From a virus (Duplodnaviria > Caudoviricetes), in IMG/VR virus record IMGVR_UViG_3300027842_000093, positions 1 to 64,000 of that record: a stretch of 64,000 nucleotides of DNA, one strand, 5' to 3'. Of this stretch, positions 1 to 9,492 are shown in pieces (positions within the stretch are counted from its first letter, which is position 1; each line of letters begins with the position of its first letter). A model generated the notes under the pieces. It did not search any database. It had not been told where the DNA came from and was given only the letters and a program-made list of their open reading frames with translations. Made by a program: the position numbers and the translations under genes.

Positions 1-2
1 TT

Positions 3-659
3 ACCGAACAACTTGATGGGTATTTAAAATCGACCCAAGCTCCATACCCAAACACAAAAGTTATTCGTCCCTCCCAAATTCATCTTTGCTCCCGTTGGAT
101 TGTTGGAGATATTTTAGGGGTAGTTCCTTTCGAACCAAAGAGTGCTGTTCAGCAGCGTGTTCTGGATAATGGTTCTTACGTCCACAAGCGAATCCTTCAG
201 AAGTATTTGCCGAGGATGGGTATTGTTTCGCACATCCTGGATATCAAGAAAGGTGAAGTAAAACCGTTTATCGAAGTTAGTTTGCGTGATGATTCTTTAT
301 GGATGAAGGGAAGCCCAGACGCAATTATTTTAAATCCAAACGATGGACTTGCCTACGTCTTTGAATTGAAAAGTATGCGGGATGGAGAATTTAGAATTTT
401 AGAAGAAGCGAAGTGGGAACACATCCTTCAGTTGCATTGTTATTTTTATTTGACGAACCTCTCCCAAGGAATTTTATTTTACGAGAACAAAGACAACCAG
501 CAGACAAAAGAGTTTGTGATTCAGAAGAGCGACTTGGTAATGAATGATATTTTAAATAAAATTAGTTTGGTTCAGAAGGCTGTGATGGAAAAGAATTTAA
601 ATATTCCGTGCGATAATACAGGCACAAACGCTTGTAAATGTTCCTCATTACTGATATAG
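3..659 (+). CDS. Cas4-like PD-(D/E)XK exonuclease, 5'-truncated by the window edge
   Basis: Frame is open from position 3: RPSQIHLC...NGSYVH...GSPD...ELKS...QLHCY, with C-terminal C..C.C completing a 4-Cys Fe-S-type pattern. No CRISPR array or other cas genes nearby. Confidence 0.75.
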   Translation, partial: TEQLDGYLKSTQAPYPNTKVIRPSQIHLCSRWIVGDILGVVPFEPKSAVQQRVLDNGSYVHKRILQKYLPRMGIVSHILDIKKGEVKPFIEVSLRDDSLWMKGSPDAIILNPNDGLAYVFELKSMRDGEFRILEEAKWEHILQLHCYFYLTNLSQGILFYENKDNQQTKEFVIQKSDLVMNDILNKISLVQKAVMEKNLNIPCDNTGTNACKCSSLLI

Positions 660-943
660 TTGATGATATGAAACTCTTCCACCATTCTCGCAAGCTCGTA
701 TACGATACAGAGACCGGAGAACTTCTAACATTTGAAGAGTTTGAATATAAAAAGACAATGAAAGAATTGGAAGAGAATAACAAGAATTTAGTTTGCGTTT
801 TGTGTGGTGAATTGTGGGAACCTGGATACAAGAATCTTTGTGAATGCGGTGGATTTTGTACATGGGGAGAATCTAAAGGGGCACAACCACTTTCTTGGAA
901 TGAAGATGGCACTGCCAAAGCTCCGCCGAAAGGAATTTCATGA
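638..943 (+). CDS. hypothetical protein with CxxC/CxC zinc-ribbon
   Basis: CVLCG...CECGGFC; overlaps both neighbours. Confidence 0.5.
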   Translation: MFLITDIVDDMKLFHHSRKLVYDTETGELLTFEEFEYKKTMKELEENNKNLVCVLCGELWEPGYKNLCECGGFCTWGESKGAQPLSWNEDGTAKAPPKGIS

Positions 944-1371
944 ATAAGAAAATTTCAAAGTTGTATCTTGATTGGCCGACCTACCTGCAACTCATCGACC
1001 AGTTATCAGAGAAGATAAATTGGAAGGAAGAAAAGTTTGAAAGTATTGTTGCTATCAGCCGTGGCGGAAATATTCCAGCTACGATTCTTTCACATAAAGC
1101 GGGAATCCCTTTGGTCGTCTTGAACAAAACTGGGATGATTTATGAACGCGGAAAGTTTTTAGTTGTGGATGAAATTGCCCATACAGGTTCGACATTGGCG
1201 AACATCAATTACATGTCCCAAGGGGCAAGTAGAAAGTACCATCCCCTGCAATACGCAAGCAAGGATTTCAAAACTGCTACGCTGCATTATAGGAAGGAAT
1301 CGAAAGTGAAGCCGGATTATTTTGTCGAAACAACTGATAAGTGGATTGTGTACCCTTATGAGCAAGCCTGA
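940..1371 (+). CDS. purine phosphoribosyltransferase (xanthine-guanine PRT-like)
   Basis: AISRGG, PRPP-binding loop LVVDEIAHTGST, C-terminal WIVYPYE. Confidence 0.85.
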   Translation: MNKKISKLYLDWPTYLQLIDQLSEKINWKEEKFESIVAISRGGNIPATILSHKAGIPLVVLNKTGMIYERGKFLVVDEIAHTGSTLANINYMSQGASRKYHPLQYASKDFKTATLHYRKESKVKPDYFVETTDKWIVYPYEQA

Positions 1372-1531
1372 TATTATTTGTAAGTGTGGACACCTTCAAC
1401 ATTATGATAAATATTATCCTTTTGCACTTCTTGCTGGGACTTGTAGCACGGCTCCATGTAATTGCCGAGAATATACACCCGACAATCTTACCCACATCGA
1501 ACAATTAGCGAAGCAGAAAGGACTTGTATGA
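1358..1531 (+). CDS. DNL-tag family small CxCGH protein
   Basis: MSKPDIICKCGH...CNCREYTPDNLTHIEQLAKQKGLV. Confidence 0.8.
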   Translation: MSKPDIICKCGHLQHYDKYYPFALLAGTCSTAPCNCREYTPDNLTHIEQLAKQKGLV

Positions 1532-1866
1532 AAAAAATCTATAATACGACGGTAAAGACCAAAGCGAAACACTATAAGAAATTTTCAGATTTGGTTGGGA
1601 AGCAATTCATCCACGGCGGAGATAAATACAAATTGAATGGATTTTCTGACCGCGAAGCCACGGATGTTATTAGTTCGGTGTTCGGAGGGGAGCTTGGGGA
1701 TCAGTGGATTTTGGGTACAATTTTAAAATATTTGTTTCGATGGAATAATTTTCATCGAGAGAAGGATATTTTAAAGATGGCGACTTATTTGTATCTCCTT
1801 TGGGTCAAGCAAGGATTTCATTTACAAAAAGCACACGATGAAGATACTAAAAGGATAAGTAAGTGA
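1528..1866 (+). CDS. DUF3310-like protein (T7 gp1.7 nucleotide kinase-like)
   Basis: GTILKYLFRW...KDILKMATYL resembles the DUF3310 signature; start overlaps the upstream stop (ATGA). Confidence 0.55.
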   Translation: MKKIYNTTVKTKAKHYKKFSDLVGKQFIHGGDKYKLNGFSDREATDVISSVFGGELGDQWILGTILKYLFRWNNFHREKDILKMATYLYLLWVKQGFHLQKAHDEDTKRISK

Positions 1867-2165
1867 GAAATCCATCCAAGCGCGAAATAGAAAGATTTCG
1901 AGATATTGAAAATCAAGGCGCTTGGAGTCTACCCTCCGAAGCATTACACAAAGCTCTTCCTTGTGATGGTTGTGGGAGAATGCCTGTAGTTAATCCGCGT
2001 TGGTTGATACGGGACAACCCCCGTTATGGTGCAGGAAGAAAATACATTCTTGGTTGTCCCTCTGCTATGTGGGGAGGGGCTGAAGTATACGAAACTTTAA
2101 TGGAAGCAATTGAGAACTGGAATTACCACGTTGAGTTTGGAGGACATAATTGTGTCGCAAGATAA
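1863..2165 (+). CDS. hypothetical protein (CxxC)
   Basis: LPCDGCG...AIENWN; chained overlaps with neighbours. Confidence 0.45.
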   Translation: MRNPSKREIERFRDIENQGAWSLPSEALHKALPCDGCGRMPVVNPRWLIRDNPRYGAGRKYILGCPSAMWGGAEVYETLMEAIENWNYHVEFGGHNCVAR

Positions 2166-3150
2166 ACTCTTAGATTTTGATTCGGTGTTGATCGAACCGC
2201 AGTTTTCTATGGTGCGAAGTAGAAAGGATGTTGACGTTTCCACAGACTTTCTAGGGATGAAGCTTTCGCTTCCTGTAATGAATTCGAACATGGATACGGT
2301 CGCCAGCCCATCTTTATGCAGAGCTTTATCCGATTATGGAACAGTTGGAACCCTTCACAGATTCTGGAGTATTGAAGAGAATGTTAAAGCTTTTGTAGAA
2401 TCGATAAGCCCTGAAGGTAAGGGGGTTTGTCCAATTGTTTCAATTGGAATTGGGGATAAAGAATTTGAAAGGGCGCAAGCTCTGTACGATGTAGGCGCAA
2501 GCCGATTTATGTTGGATGTTGCTCATGCCGCCAACATTTCCGCTGTAGAAATGTACAACAGGCTAGTTAAAGAATTTCCGTATTGTTATTTTATTGTAGG
2601 GGATTTTGGAACGGGTAAAGAAATATTGGAGTTTCTTACGAAAGTTTCCAAATTTCCAGATGCTGTTAAAGTGGGAATTGGAGTAGGAAGTGTCTGCCAT
2701 ACAAAACTTGTCACTGGCGTAGGAAGTGCGGCATTGAGTTGTTTGTTTGATTGTGCCGATGCGTTGGATGATTCCGATCTGTTTGATAAAAAAATTCAAC
2801 TCGTTCTTGACGGAGGCGTTCAACATTATGGCGACATCGCCAAAGCGCTGGTAGCTGGGGCAGATGTTGTAATAAGCGGTTCGATGTTCGCAGGATGTTT
2901 AGAAGCGGGTGGAAAACAATTTAATGGAGTAAAAGAATATCGTGGATCAGCTTCATTACCGTCTTATGAGGTTCAGGGAAAGGTTGCAACGTGGAGAGCC
3001 CCAGAAGGAACTTCCACAATGATACAAATTACAGGGACTGCCTCAGAAGTGTTGAACAACATAAACGGCGGATTAAGAAGTTCCTTGAGTTATGTAGGAG
3101 CATTTAATTTGGATGAATTCAAAGCAAAGGCGAAGTTTCAATACAAATGA
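2152..3150 (+). CDS. GMP reductase / IMP dehydrogenase family enzyme (no CBS domains)
   Basis: SNMDTV, LDVAHA, KVGIGVGSVCHT (catalytic Cys), DGG, GDIAKAL, YRGSAS, APEG, GGLRSSLSYVGA. GTG start at 2152 follows GGAGG. Confidence 0.9.
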   Translation: MSQDKLLDFDSVLIEPQFSMVRSRKDVDVSTDFLGMKLSLPVMNSNMDTVASPSLCRALSDYGTVGTLHRFWSIEENVKAFVESISPEGKGVCPIVSIGIGDKEFERAQALYDVGASRFMLDVAHAANISAVEMYNRLVKEFPYCYFIVGDFGTGKEILEFLTKVSKFPDAVKVGIGVGSVCHTKLVTGVGSAALSCLFDCADALDDSDLFDKKIQLVLDGGVQHYGDIAKALVAGADVVISGSMFAGCLEAGGKQFNGVKEYRGSASLPSYEVQGKVATWRAPEGTSTMIQITGTASEVLNNINGGLRSSLSYVGAFNLDEFKAKAKFQYK

Positions 3151-3341
3151 AAAATAAAGAAGTTAGGCCGTGTGGATATTGTGGTAAAGAATGGGCCGAC
3201 CACGAAGGTGCTGAATATTATTTAGAAGGGGATGCTGCATTTTGCTTTCATGTGAAATCAAATAATCCCACAGCTACGTATGTTCCGATGGACAATTTAA
3301 CGTACATCGAATATTTAGCAAAGAAAAAGAACTTGGTATGA
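3147..3341 (+). CDS. DNL-tag family small Cys/His protein
   Basis: CGYCG...H...YVPMDNLTYIEYLAKKKNLV. Confidence 0.8.
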   Translation: MKNKEVRPCGYCGKEWADHEGAEYYLEGDAAFCFHVKSNNPTATYVPMDNLTYIEYLAKKKNLV

Positions 3342-3997
3342 AAACCCTTCCCGCTTACAAATATTTGATTGAAGAACGACAGCTTACAGAAGAAACTATT
3401 AGGGCGTTTCATCTCGCTCACCGCGACGCTAAGGGAATGATGTACGTAGATGCCGATTGTACAGAACCTTTTCCAGAGCTTGACTTTCGATTCAACAATG
3501 CTGTGTTGTTTCCCGTTTTCGATTTGTATGGAAAGTGTATTGGAGTTTCAGCCCGACCTTTAACTCCAGGACCTGACTTGCCAAAGTACGTAAATACCAG
3601 TTACGAGAAGGCGGATCATTTATTTGGGTTGAATGTCGCTTACCCGTTTTGTATTAAAGAGAAAACAGCTTTCGTAGTAGAGGGAAATATCGATGTGGCG
3701 CAAATGCACCAGAAAGGAATTAAAAATGTCGTGGGTATGTTGGGTAGTAATTTTAGTGTTGTTCAGCTTGGCTTGCTTCTTGGTTTTGTAGAGCGAGTGA
3801 TTTTTGTGCCGGATGGAGATATGGCAGGACTTAATTTTATGGAAAAAACAAAGAACACTTTATTGAAGCGGTACAAAGATGTTCCGATGTCTTTTTCATT
3901 TCTGATGTTGCCAACGGGGTTTGACCCCGATTCGTATTTAAAGAAGTTTTCGAAAGAAGAGTTTCTAGCATTGCCGCAGGTTGAGGTAAAATCGTAA
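3338..3997 (+). CDS. DnaG-type DNA primase catalytic/TOPRIM domain
   Basis: FPVFD...SAR...PKYVNT...LFGL...VVEGNID...PDGDMAG...LPTGFDPD; no N-terminal CHC2 zinc domain. Confidence 0.85.
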   Translation: MKTLPAYKYLIEERQLTEETIRAFHLAHRDAKGMMYVDADCTEPFPELDFRFNNAVLFPVFDLYGKCIGVSARPLTPGPDLPKYVNTSYEKADHLFGLNVAYPFCIKEKTAFVVEGNIDVAQMHQKGIKNVVGMLGSNFSVVQLGLLLGFVERVIFVPDGDMAGLNFMEKTKNTLLKRYKDVPMSFSFLMLPTGFDPDSYLKKFSKEEFLALPQVEVKS

Positions 3998-4566
3998 TGA
4001 ATTTCTACGTCATTTACACACCGCTAACGCATGGGTTGACAAGCACACATCTAATCCAAGAAGCTTTTGAGACTCGCCATATCCACGCGAAACTTTGGAT
4101 TCCTATGCAGTGCATTAAGCGTTTACGTTACAATACAGAAATCGAGGCTCAAGTGCCCCTCTTTCCCAACTACGTACTTATTCAAACAACATTCCCAGAG
4201 GGTATGGAGCAGGAGATGGAGTTGGCGTTGTTGGAACTTAAAGCGGGTTACTTCTTGAAGTACCCTGGAAGCGACTTGCCAGCTATTATTACGACAGAAG
4301 AAATTGAAAGAATACAAGCTCACGAAGCCAAGGAGGTTCTGGAAACGCAAAAAGAAGAAACTTACACACCAGTCGAGATTGGTACTTATGTTGAAGTGGC
4401 TACAAGTCCACTCATGGGACTAAAAGGAATCGTTGTAGATACAACCAAAGAAACTGTTACAATCGAAACCTTTGTATTTGGCAGGAGTGCTCCTGTCGAA
4501 GTTCCCATATCCGTACTTTCACGTTCAACGCCAGTTCCCGTTTTGCAATCCAAAAATGTGTCATGA
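3997..4566 (+). CDS. NusG/RfaH/LoaP-like transcription antiterminator
   Basis: NGN motif PLFPNYVLI and KOW-like GTYVEVATSPLMGLKGIV...VFGRSAPVEV. Confidence 0.8.
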   Translation: MNFYVIYTPLTHGLTSTHLIQEAFETRHIHAKLWIPMQCIKRLRYNTEIEAQVPLFPNYVLIQTTFPEGMEQEMELALLELKAGYFLKYPGSDLPAIITTEEIERIQAHEAKEVLETQKEETYTPVEIGTYVEVATSPLMGLKGIVVDTTKETVTIETFVFGRSAPVEVPISVLSRSTPVPVLQSKNVS

Positions 4567-4976
4567 AAAAAAAGAAACAAGTTTCAAAGCGTAAAGAGTA
4601 CGTAAGAGATAACGCGGTACGAGCAAACAATTCTAAAATGGAGTTCGTGGAAATTTCCATGGACCCGGAAGCACTTGAAAAGGCGGCTCACGCCCATGCA
4701 ACATGGCAGCAGTTGATTAAGGATGACCCTGCCAACGATTACAATGAATTGGAAGTGAGAATGATCCAAGCCGAAAGGATTAATAAAATATTCCAAACGG
4801 CATCCCAAGTGTTGACAGAGGTACAGTTCAAGATTTTCGTAATGCGCTACGCTTACGACTTGAAGCAGAAGGATATTGCGAAGCAGATTCACTGCAACCA
4901 ATCTTACGTTCCTTCAGTGTTGAAAGCGTCGGTTAAGAAGATTCAGAAGAGGCTGAAGACGGAAGGGATTCTGTGA
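4563..4976 (+). CDS. sigma70 region-4-like HTH protein
   Basis: LTEVQFKIFVMRYAYDLKQKDIAKQIHCNQSYV...SVKKIQKRL. Confidence 0.7.
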   Translation: MKKKKQVSKRKEYVRDNAVRANNSKMEFVEISMDPEALEKAAHAHATWQQLIKDDPANDYNELEVRMIQAERINKIFQTASQVLTEVQFKIFVMRYAYDLKQKDIAKQIHCNQSYVPSVLKASVKKIQKRLKTEGIL

Positions 4977-5140
4977 TCGACATTCTTTGTTCTTGTGGGC
5001 ACGGTAAATCTCAGCATATAGTTGTAGGATGTATGAAATGTGCTGCCCTAGCAACCCGCTCTTTTGATATGTGCAATTATTACGTACCAGATAACCTTTC
5101 TACAATAGAAGTTCTTGCCCAACAAAAAGGACTCGTATGA
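4973..5140 (+). CDS. DNL-tag family small CxCGH protein (not in the ORF track)
   Basis: Manual translation: MIDILCSCGHGKSQHIVVGCMKCAALATRSFDMCNYYVPDNLSTIEVLAQQKGLV; GTGA and ATGA overlaps on the two sides. Confidence 0.8.
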   Translation: MIDILCSCGHGKSQHIVVGCMKCAALATRSFDMCNYYVPDNLSTIEVLAQQKGLV

Positions 5141-5712
5141 CAAACCTCGTGTTCATCGAACACAAAAAGGTTCCCAAGGACCAAGCCAGAGCGATTAAAG
5201 AGGATTTGAAATCTTACGCAATTTCGGTTGCTCTGAAGTTCCCCACACAAACCATTTCCGAAGAGGAGAAGGTGAAAGTGGCGAAGCATTCTGTCAGGAG
5301 TCTTTTTAAACGTTTCGACCTTTCCACAAAGAACCTTGGAACTTTGATTCACGATGAAGTGATTGGCAACCTCCAGAAGGTGTATTTCAAAATTAAGAAA
5401 ACCACTTTGAATTACCACTTCCTTTCCAAATCGAATAAAGAGCTTTTGGAAATGATTAGGATTGTTAAATTGCTTCGCAGGAATCATCCGAAGAAGTACA
5501 ACACACTTTCCAAATCCTTACAGAAACAATTGAACAAAAGGCAGCAGAAGATTTTCAACATTTATTTGAGATTCAAGCCAAGGGGCAAGAGACGGCTCAC
5601 ATACCAAACGGTCAGCAGATTATCGAACATTCCTGCTGGGACAATCAACCATCAAGTGAAGCAGGTTGTACAGAGTTTGGGGAAACTTATGAGACAGCAA
5701 AAACTAAAATGA
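5137..5712 (+). CDS. basic protein with C-terminal sigma region-4-like HTH
   Basis: LNKRQQKIFNIY...LTYQTVSRLSNIPAGTINHQVKQVVQSL. Confidence 0.5.
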   Translation: MTNLVFIEHKKVPKDQARAIKEDLKSYAISVALKFPTQTISEEEKVKVAKHSVRSLFKRFDLSTKNLGTLIHDEVIGNLQKVYFKIKKTTLNYHFLSKSNKELLEMIRIVKLLRRNHPKKYNTLSKSLQKQLNKRQQKIFNIYLRFKPRGKRRLTYQTVSRLSNIPAGTINHQVKQVVQSLGKLMRQQKLK

Positions 5713-6458
5713 CAGACGAAAATCAAAAACCTGAAGAACCAATAGAAGCTGAAGTGGTACCAACGCCAGTTCCGCCCAAGCATCTTTCCATGAAAGTGGG
5801 GAGGCTGGACTTGCTGCCCCCAGAACTTAAAGAGGAAATGGATACCCGCATTTTAAGTGGGGAAGCGCTCACCACTCTCCGGGAAGACATGATAAAAAAG
5901 TATCCGTCAGTGGAAGAACTCAAAGTGAGTTATTTGACTTGGGCCAAACGAGCCAGGAAGCTAAAGGGCGGAACGCAGAAAGAGCTTAAAGACGGTACAG
6001 TAGTGAAGAAAGAAATGGTTGCCGCTTTGCCCACAGCGGAGGATATCCAGAAGACAGTATCCAAAGTGATTGACCCAGCCGTTAGTTTGGAAGATAAACA
6101 AGCCGTTCTAGCGGCCCTTTACGCCAAGGAAATGCAGCGCCTTACAATCCTTGAATCAAAGCAGCAATCATTCATAAACCCCGATCTTGAGATGCTGATG
6201 CTGGGCTACGTAAAAGAAATCCGCGCCCTACTAGAGACAGTCAGCAAACTACAAGAAACTCTTCAAAAAGACACTCTCTCTGCGTTCAAGGGAGAACTGG
6301 ACGAACTTATCAGAACGATCCTAACGACCGTTTATGCTTCGTATCGTTTGGAACACCCAGACGTAGACCCCACCTCAAAATTCGATGGATTCAGAGCCAC
6401 CTTAGAAAGCCATTTGAGCAAGACCCTCCAACAGTATAAGCAGCAAAAACCAGCCTAG
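5709..6458 (+). CDS. DUF3486 / Mu gp27-like protein (putative terminase small subunit)
   Basis: N-terminal GRLDLLPPELKEEMDTRILSG resembles the start of DUF3486 proteins; the rest is helical. Confidence 0.4.
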   Translation: MTDENQKPEEPIEAEVVPTPVPPKHLSMKVGRLDLLPPELKEEMDTRILSGEALTTLREDMIKKYPSVEELKVSYLTWAKRARKLKGGTQKELKDGTVVKKEMVAALPTAEDIQKTVSKVIDPAVSLEDKQAVLAALYAKEMQRLTILESKQQSFINPDLEMLMLGYVKEIRALLETVSKLQETLQKDTLSAFKGELDELIRTILTTVYASYRLEHPDVDPTSKFDGFRATLESHLSKTLQQYKQQKPA

Positions 6459-6490
6459 AAATTAACACGTTTTTACATTCAAATTAGCCC

Positions 6491-6519
6491 TTGACAGGCC
6501 ACTGTTTTTCTGTTACACT
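6491..6519 (+). promoter_or_regulatory. sigma70-type promoter (leaderless gene follows)
   Basis: CCC-TTGACA-N17-TACACT with extended TG; ATG at 6525. Confidence 0.8.
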
Positions 6520-6524
6520 AAAGT

Positions 6525-7799
6525 ATGGAAAACAACGAATTCAAAGTGCCGGAAGGAAACCTGGGCTGGTTTAAGGGACAGATTGAAAAGCTCAATCGAC
6601 GGGCAGTGAAGTTGAACATGCCACTGATTGAGTTTTCTGTTTTGGGTGAAGAGATTGTCGCTATCCAACCCCACTTTGGTGGAACTACTGAAGCAGAATG
6701 TGGAGCCCTTCCGCAGGAAGTAAAATACCGCAAATATTTCAAAGTGGAAATCAAGGGGCAAGCCCCCTCCGTTGATGGTTGGGATTTCATTGGAACCATC
6801 GACCACATTGATGGCGGAAATATCCTTCGCTTGCTTCCCGGCCAAACCATTCCAGAACATTATCGTCAGGACCCTCAGAATTGCGACCACTGCCATGTGA
6901 ATCGAAAGCGCACCTCCACTTACATTCTCGTTAACGCGAAGGACGAATACAAGCAGGTGGGAAAACAATGCTTGCAGGATTTCTTTAAGCAGGACGTTGC
7001 GAATGTTGTTGCTCGTGCAGAACTCTTGGCGGCGGCTGGTGGATTGAAAGAAGCTTCTGAACATGAAGGGGTAAGCGGAATCTCTGGCAAGCAGTATTAC
7101 AAGCTTTCCGATTATTTAGCGAATGTTTTAGCCGTGGTGGAAAAGTACGGTTTTGTTAGCCGAACCAAAGCTGGCGAAGTCAACAAACCCGCTACCGCTA
7201 ATGTAGCTGCTGAGTTGATGATTCACCCCGGCAGCATGGAATCGTACAATTTAGGCGTTCGTGTATCCAAAGAGCACGAAGCAAAAGCGGCTGAAATTAT
7301 CGTTTGGATTGAAACGTATTTGGATAAACCGACTCTGAGCGATTACGAGCATAATTTGAAGGTGGTTGTGGATTCCGGTTATTGTGAGTGGAAGACCTTT
7401 GGTTTGGCAGCTTCGATAACCGCCCTACACTACCGTGAGACGACCGCTAAGGCCGAAAAGGAAGCCAAAAAGCCCTCTGAGTATGTTGGGGAGGTTGGGA
7501 AGCGTTTGAAGGGTTTAACCCTCACTTTGGTTAAAATAACCAGCCTTGGAAAGGGCGAATTTGGAATGCGTTATTTGTATCGATTTGTAGATATTAATGA
7601 GAACGTTTTGGTTTGGTTCACTGGAAACGTGGTGGATGCTGACACACGAGAATGGTTCGAAAACACCGTATATACTGGAGCTGTTAGCGTCAAAGAACAT
7701 TCAGAATACAAAGGAACCAAACAAACGGTTGTAACACGCTGCAAGCTGTTTTCTCCTGAATTACGGGCTAAGTTTGATGTGAAGGAAGAAGTGAAATGA
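6525..7799 (+). CDS. phage protein with CxxC...C metal site and C-terminal OB-like region
   Basis: 424 aa; CDHCHVNRKR...VGKQCL; ends SVKEHSEYKGTKQTVVTRC. Confidence 0.55.
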   Translation: MENNEFKVPEGNLGWFKGQIEKLNRRAVKLNMPLIEFSVLGEEIVAIQPHFGGTTEAECGALPQEVKYRKYFKVEIKGQAPSVDGWDFIGTIDHIDGGNILRLLPGQTIPEHYRQDPQNCDHCHVNRKRTSTYILVNAKDEYKQVGKQCLQDFFKQDVANVVARAELLAAAGGLKEASEHEGVSGISGKQYYKLSDYLANVLAVVEKYGFVSRTKAGEVNKPATANVAAELMIHPGSMESYNLGVRVSKEHEAKAAEIIVWIETYLDKPTLSDYEHNLKVVVDSGYCEWKTFGLAASITALHYRETTAKAEKEAKKPSEYVGEVGKRLKGLTLTLVKITSLGKGEFGMRYLYRFVDINENVLVWFTGNVVDADTREWFENTVYTGAVSVKEHSEYKGTKQTVVTRCKLFSPELRAKFDVKEEVK

Positions 7800-7977
7800 A
7801 AAAGGGTTATAAATTTGGCGTTCAATGGATTGCTCAGAACGATGAGTCAGGAACGTGTGATTCTTTAGATGTTGAGGCAGTAAGTGGGTATCCTACTACA
7901 ATGCTTTTGGCTGATCTCTTTGGAAAAGAAACTTTGGTTGTAGCAAACGACATAGTAAAATGGCGTAAAAATAACCC

Positions 7978-8006
7978 TTGACTTTTGCCCAAATACCTGT
8001 TACACT
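7978..8006 (+). promoter_or_regulatory. sigma70-type promoter
   Basis: AACCC-TTGACT-N17-TACACT with TG; followed by GGAGG and ATG 8027. Confidence 0.75.
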
Positions 8007-8026
8007 TTAGCATGGAGGAAACAATC

Positions 8027-8449
8027 ATGAAAACCAACGCAATGAACCTTTTGAACGAGCTAAATGCGACGGGATTAGTTTTCACCAAAACTTTGGAAAT
8101 GACTGCCGCCCTTTCCAAGTATCTTGACGCGATACGAGCCGACTATAGCAAAAATAACCAGGACCGGAATAAGCTGAACGATATTCAGCTTCAAGTGCAA
8201 ACCGAAATGACGGAAACATTCAATAAGGGTTTGTCAGTCGAAGAGGGAAAAGCGTATTACAAAATCGTTACCCGAAGCGGCTCCAGCCGCTCGGTTCACT
8301 CTTTTATCGTTAAAGAGAATGGCCCGAAGTTTAAGCGCGGGGATATTCTGAAAGCAGCTTCCTGGAACGCCCCTGCTAAGAATCAAGCGCGTGGGAATAT
8401 CTTTGGTGCGTACAAGACCCTTTGGACTGGTGCTTGGTATTTGCGATGA
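8027..8449 (+). CDS. phage hypothetical protein
   Basis: YYKIV...SVHSFI...GDILKAASWNAPAKNQARGNI; start moved to the ATG after the RBS. Confidence 0.6.
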   Translation: MKTNAMNLLNELNATGLVFTKTLEMTAALSKYLDAIRADYSKNNQDRNKLNDIQLQVQTEMTETFNKGLSVEEGKAYYKIVTRSGSSRSVHSFIVKENGPKFKRGDILKAASWNAPAKNQARGNIFGAYKTLWTGAWYLR

Positions 8450-8782
8450 AAGTATATTTGGTTTGGGAAAATGAAGAGGGCTGTGAATGCGGAAATTCTT
8501 ACCCCAGGACCCTCGTGAGAATTTACGCAGATAAAGCGGTTGCTGAAGCGGAAGCTAAAATGTTGTGGGGTGGCAGAGTGACTGAAGAGGAAGTGAAATG
8601 ATCGTTAAACTCGTCAGAGTATTTAAGTGCGATCACCAATATTGCTGCGCTGTGGCGCGGGTTGAGACAAGCTCAACGGAATGTGGAACCAATTCCCGTA
8701 AAGAAGAAGAGGGTTTAAGAAAGCGTGGTTGGGTAGTTTGGGGAACAAAAGAATTTTGTAAAGAACATAAGGGGGATGCGAA

Positions 8783-9223
8783 ATGAGAACCGCTACCAGC
8801 TTGGCTGCTTATAACACGCTAAAAACCAATGGGTTTCTTACTGGGCTGCAAAGCAAAGTGTATGACGTGCTGTTCAATAATGGCCCGTTAACTCAAGGGG
8901 AAACGTGGGATGAACACCTCCCTGAGAATCAGAGGCACTCAATTGCGCCCCGGTTCGCAGAGCTTGAAAGGATGGGTGTAATTCGAACGGTAGGGGAGCG
9001 CCCTTGCAGGTTAACCGGGGTTGCGGCACTCGAATGGGACGTAACCGACCATGTGCCAGAATCGAAGCCTGTGAAGGTTCCTGTTAAACGGCTCCAGGAT
9101 GAAATACCCGTTATAATCGGTCTTTTGGTTAAACTGGAGCTTTATTTTAACGATTTACCAGAAGGCAGCAAACAAGAGCTTTTGCATTACGAAGTTAGCC
9201 AGTTAAGGGAGCGACTGAAATAA
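8783..9223 (+). CDS. winged-HTH protein
   Basis: GPLTQGE...SIAPRFAELERMGVIRTVGERPCRLTG. Confidence 0.55.
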   Translation: MRTATSLAAYNTLKTNGFLTGLQSKVYDVLFNNGPLTQGETWDEHLPENQRHSIAPRFAELERMGVIRTVGERPCRLTGVAALEWDVTDHVPESKPVKVPVKRLQDEIPVIIGLLVKLELYFNDLPEGSKQELLHYEVSQLRERLK

Positions 9224-9227
9224 ACCC

Positions 9228-9256
9228 TTGACAATTTTATAAAAATCTGTTATACT
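9228..9256 (+). promoter_or_regulatory. sigma70-type promoter
   Basis: AACCC-TTGACA-N17-TATACT with TG; GGAGG before ATG 9274. Confidence 0.85.
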
Positions 9257-9492
9257 AAATTGGGAGGACAAAAATGGCAAAGAAAACAAAACGCTTTGTG
9301 TTGGGTGAAGGGTACCCTTGGTACAAGCTTGAGCAGGGACTGCCAGGGCAGAATGAGTCGGGGTATTACGGGTTGACCCTTTACAGCAAACCTTTAAATT
9401 TTGGATACGCCAAAGGCACCAAGAAAGTTCCTTTAAAGATTCAATGGGGAGCTTGGAAGAAAGTAAGAATTTTGATTGAGGAGGTAAAGTAA

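Noticed and set aside
3-659. Cas4-like gene as a sign of a CRISPR-Cas system
   Set aside because: No repeat-spacer array or other cas genes were seen, and solo Cas4-like nucleases are common in phages.
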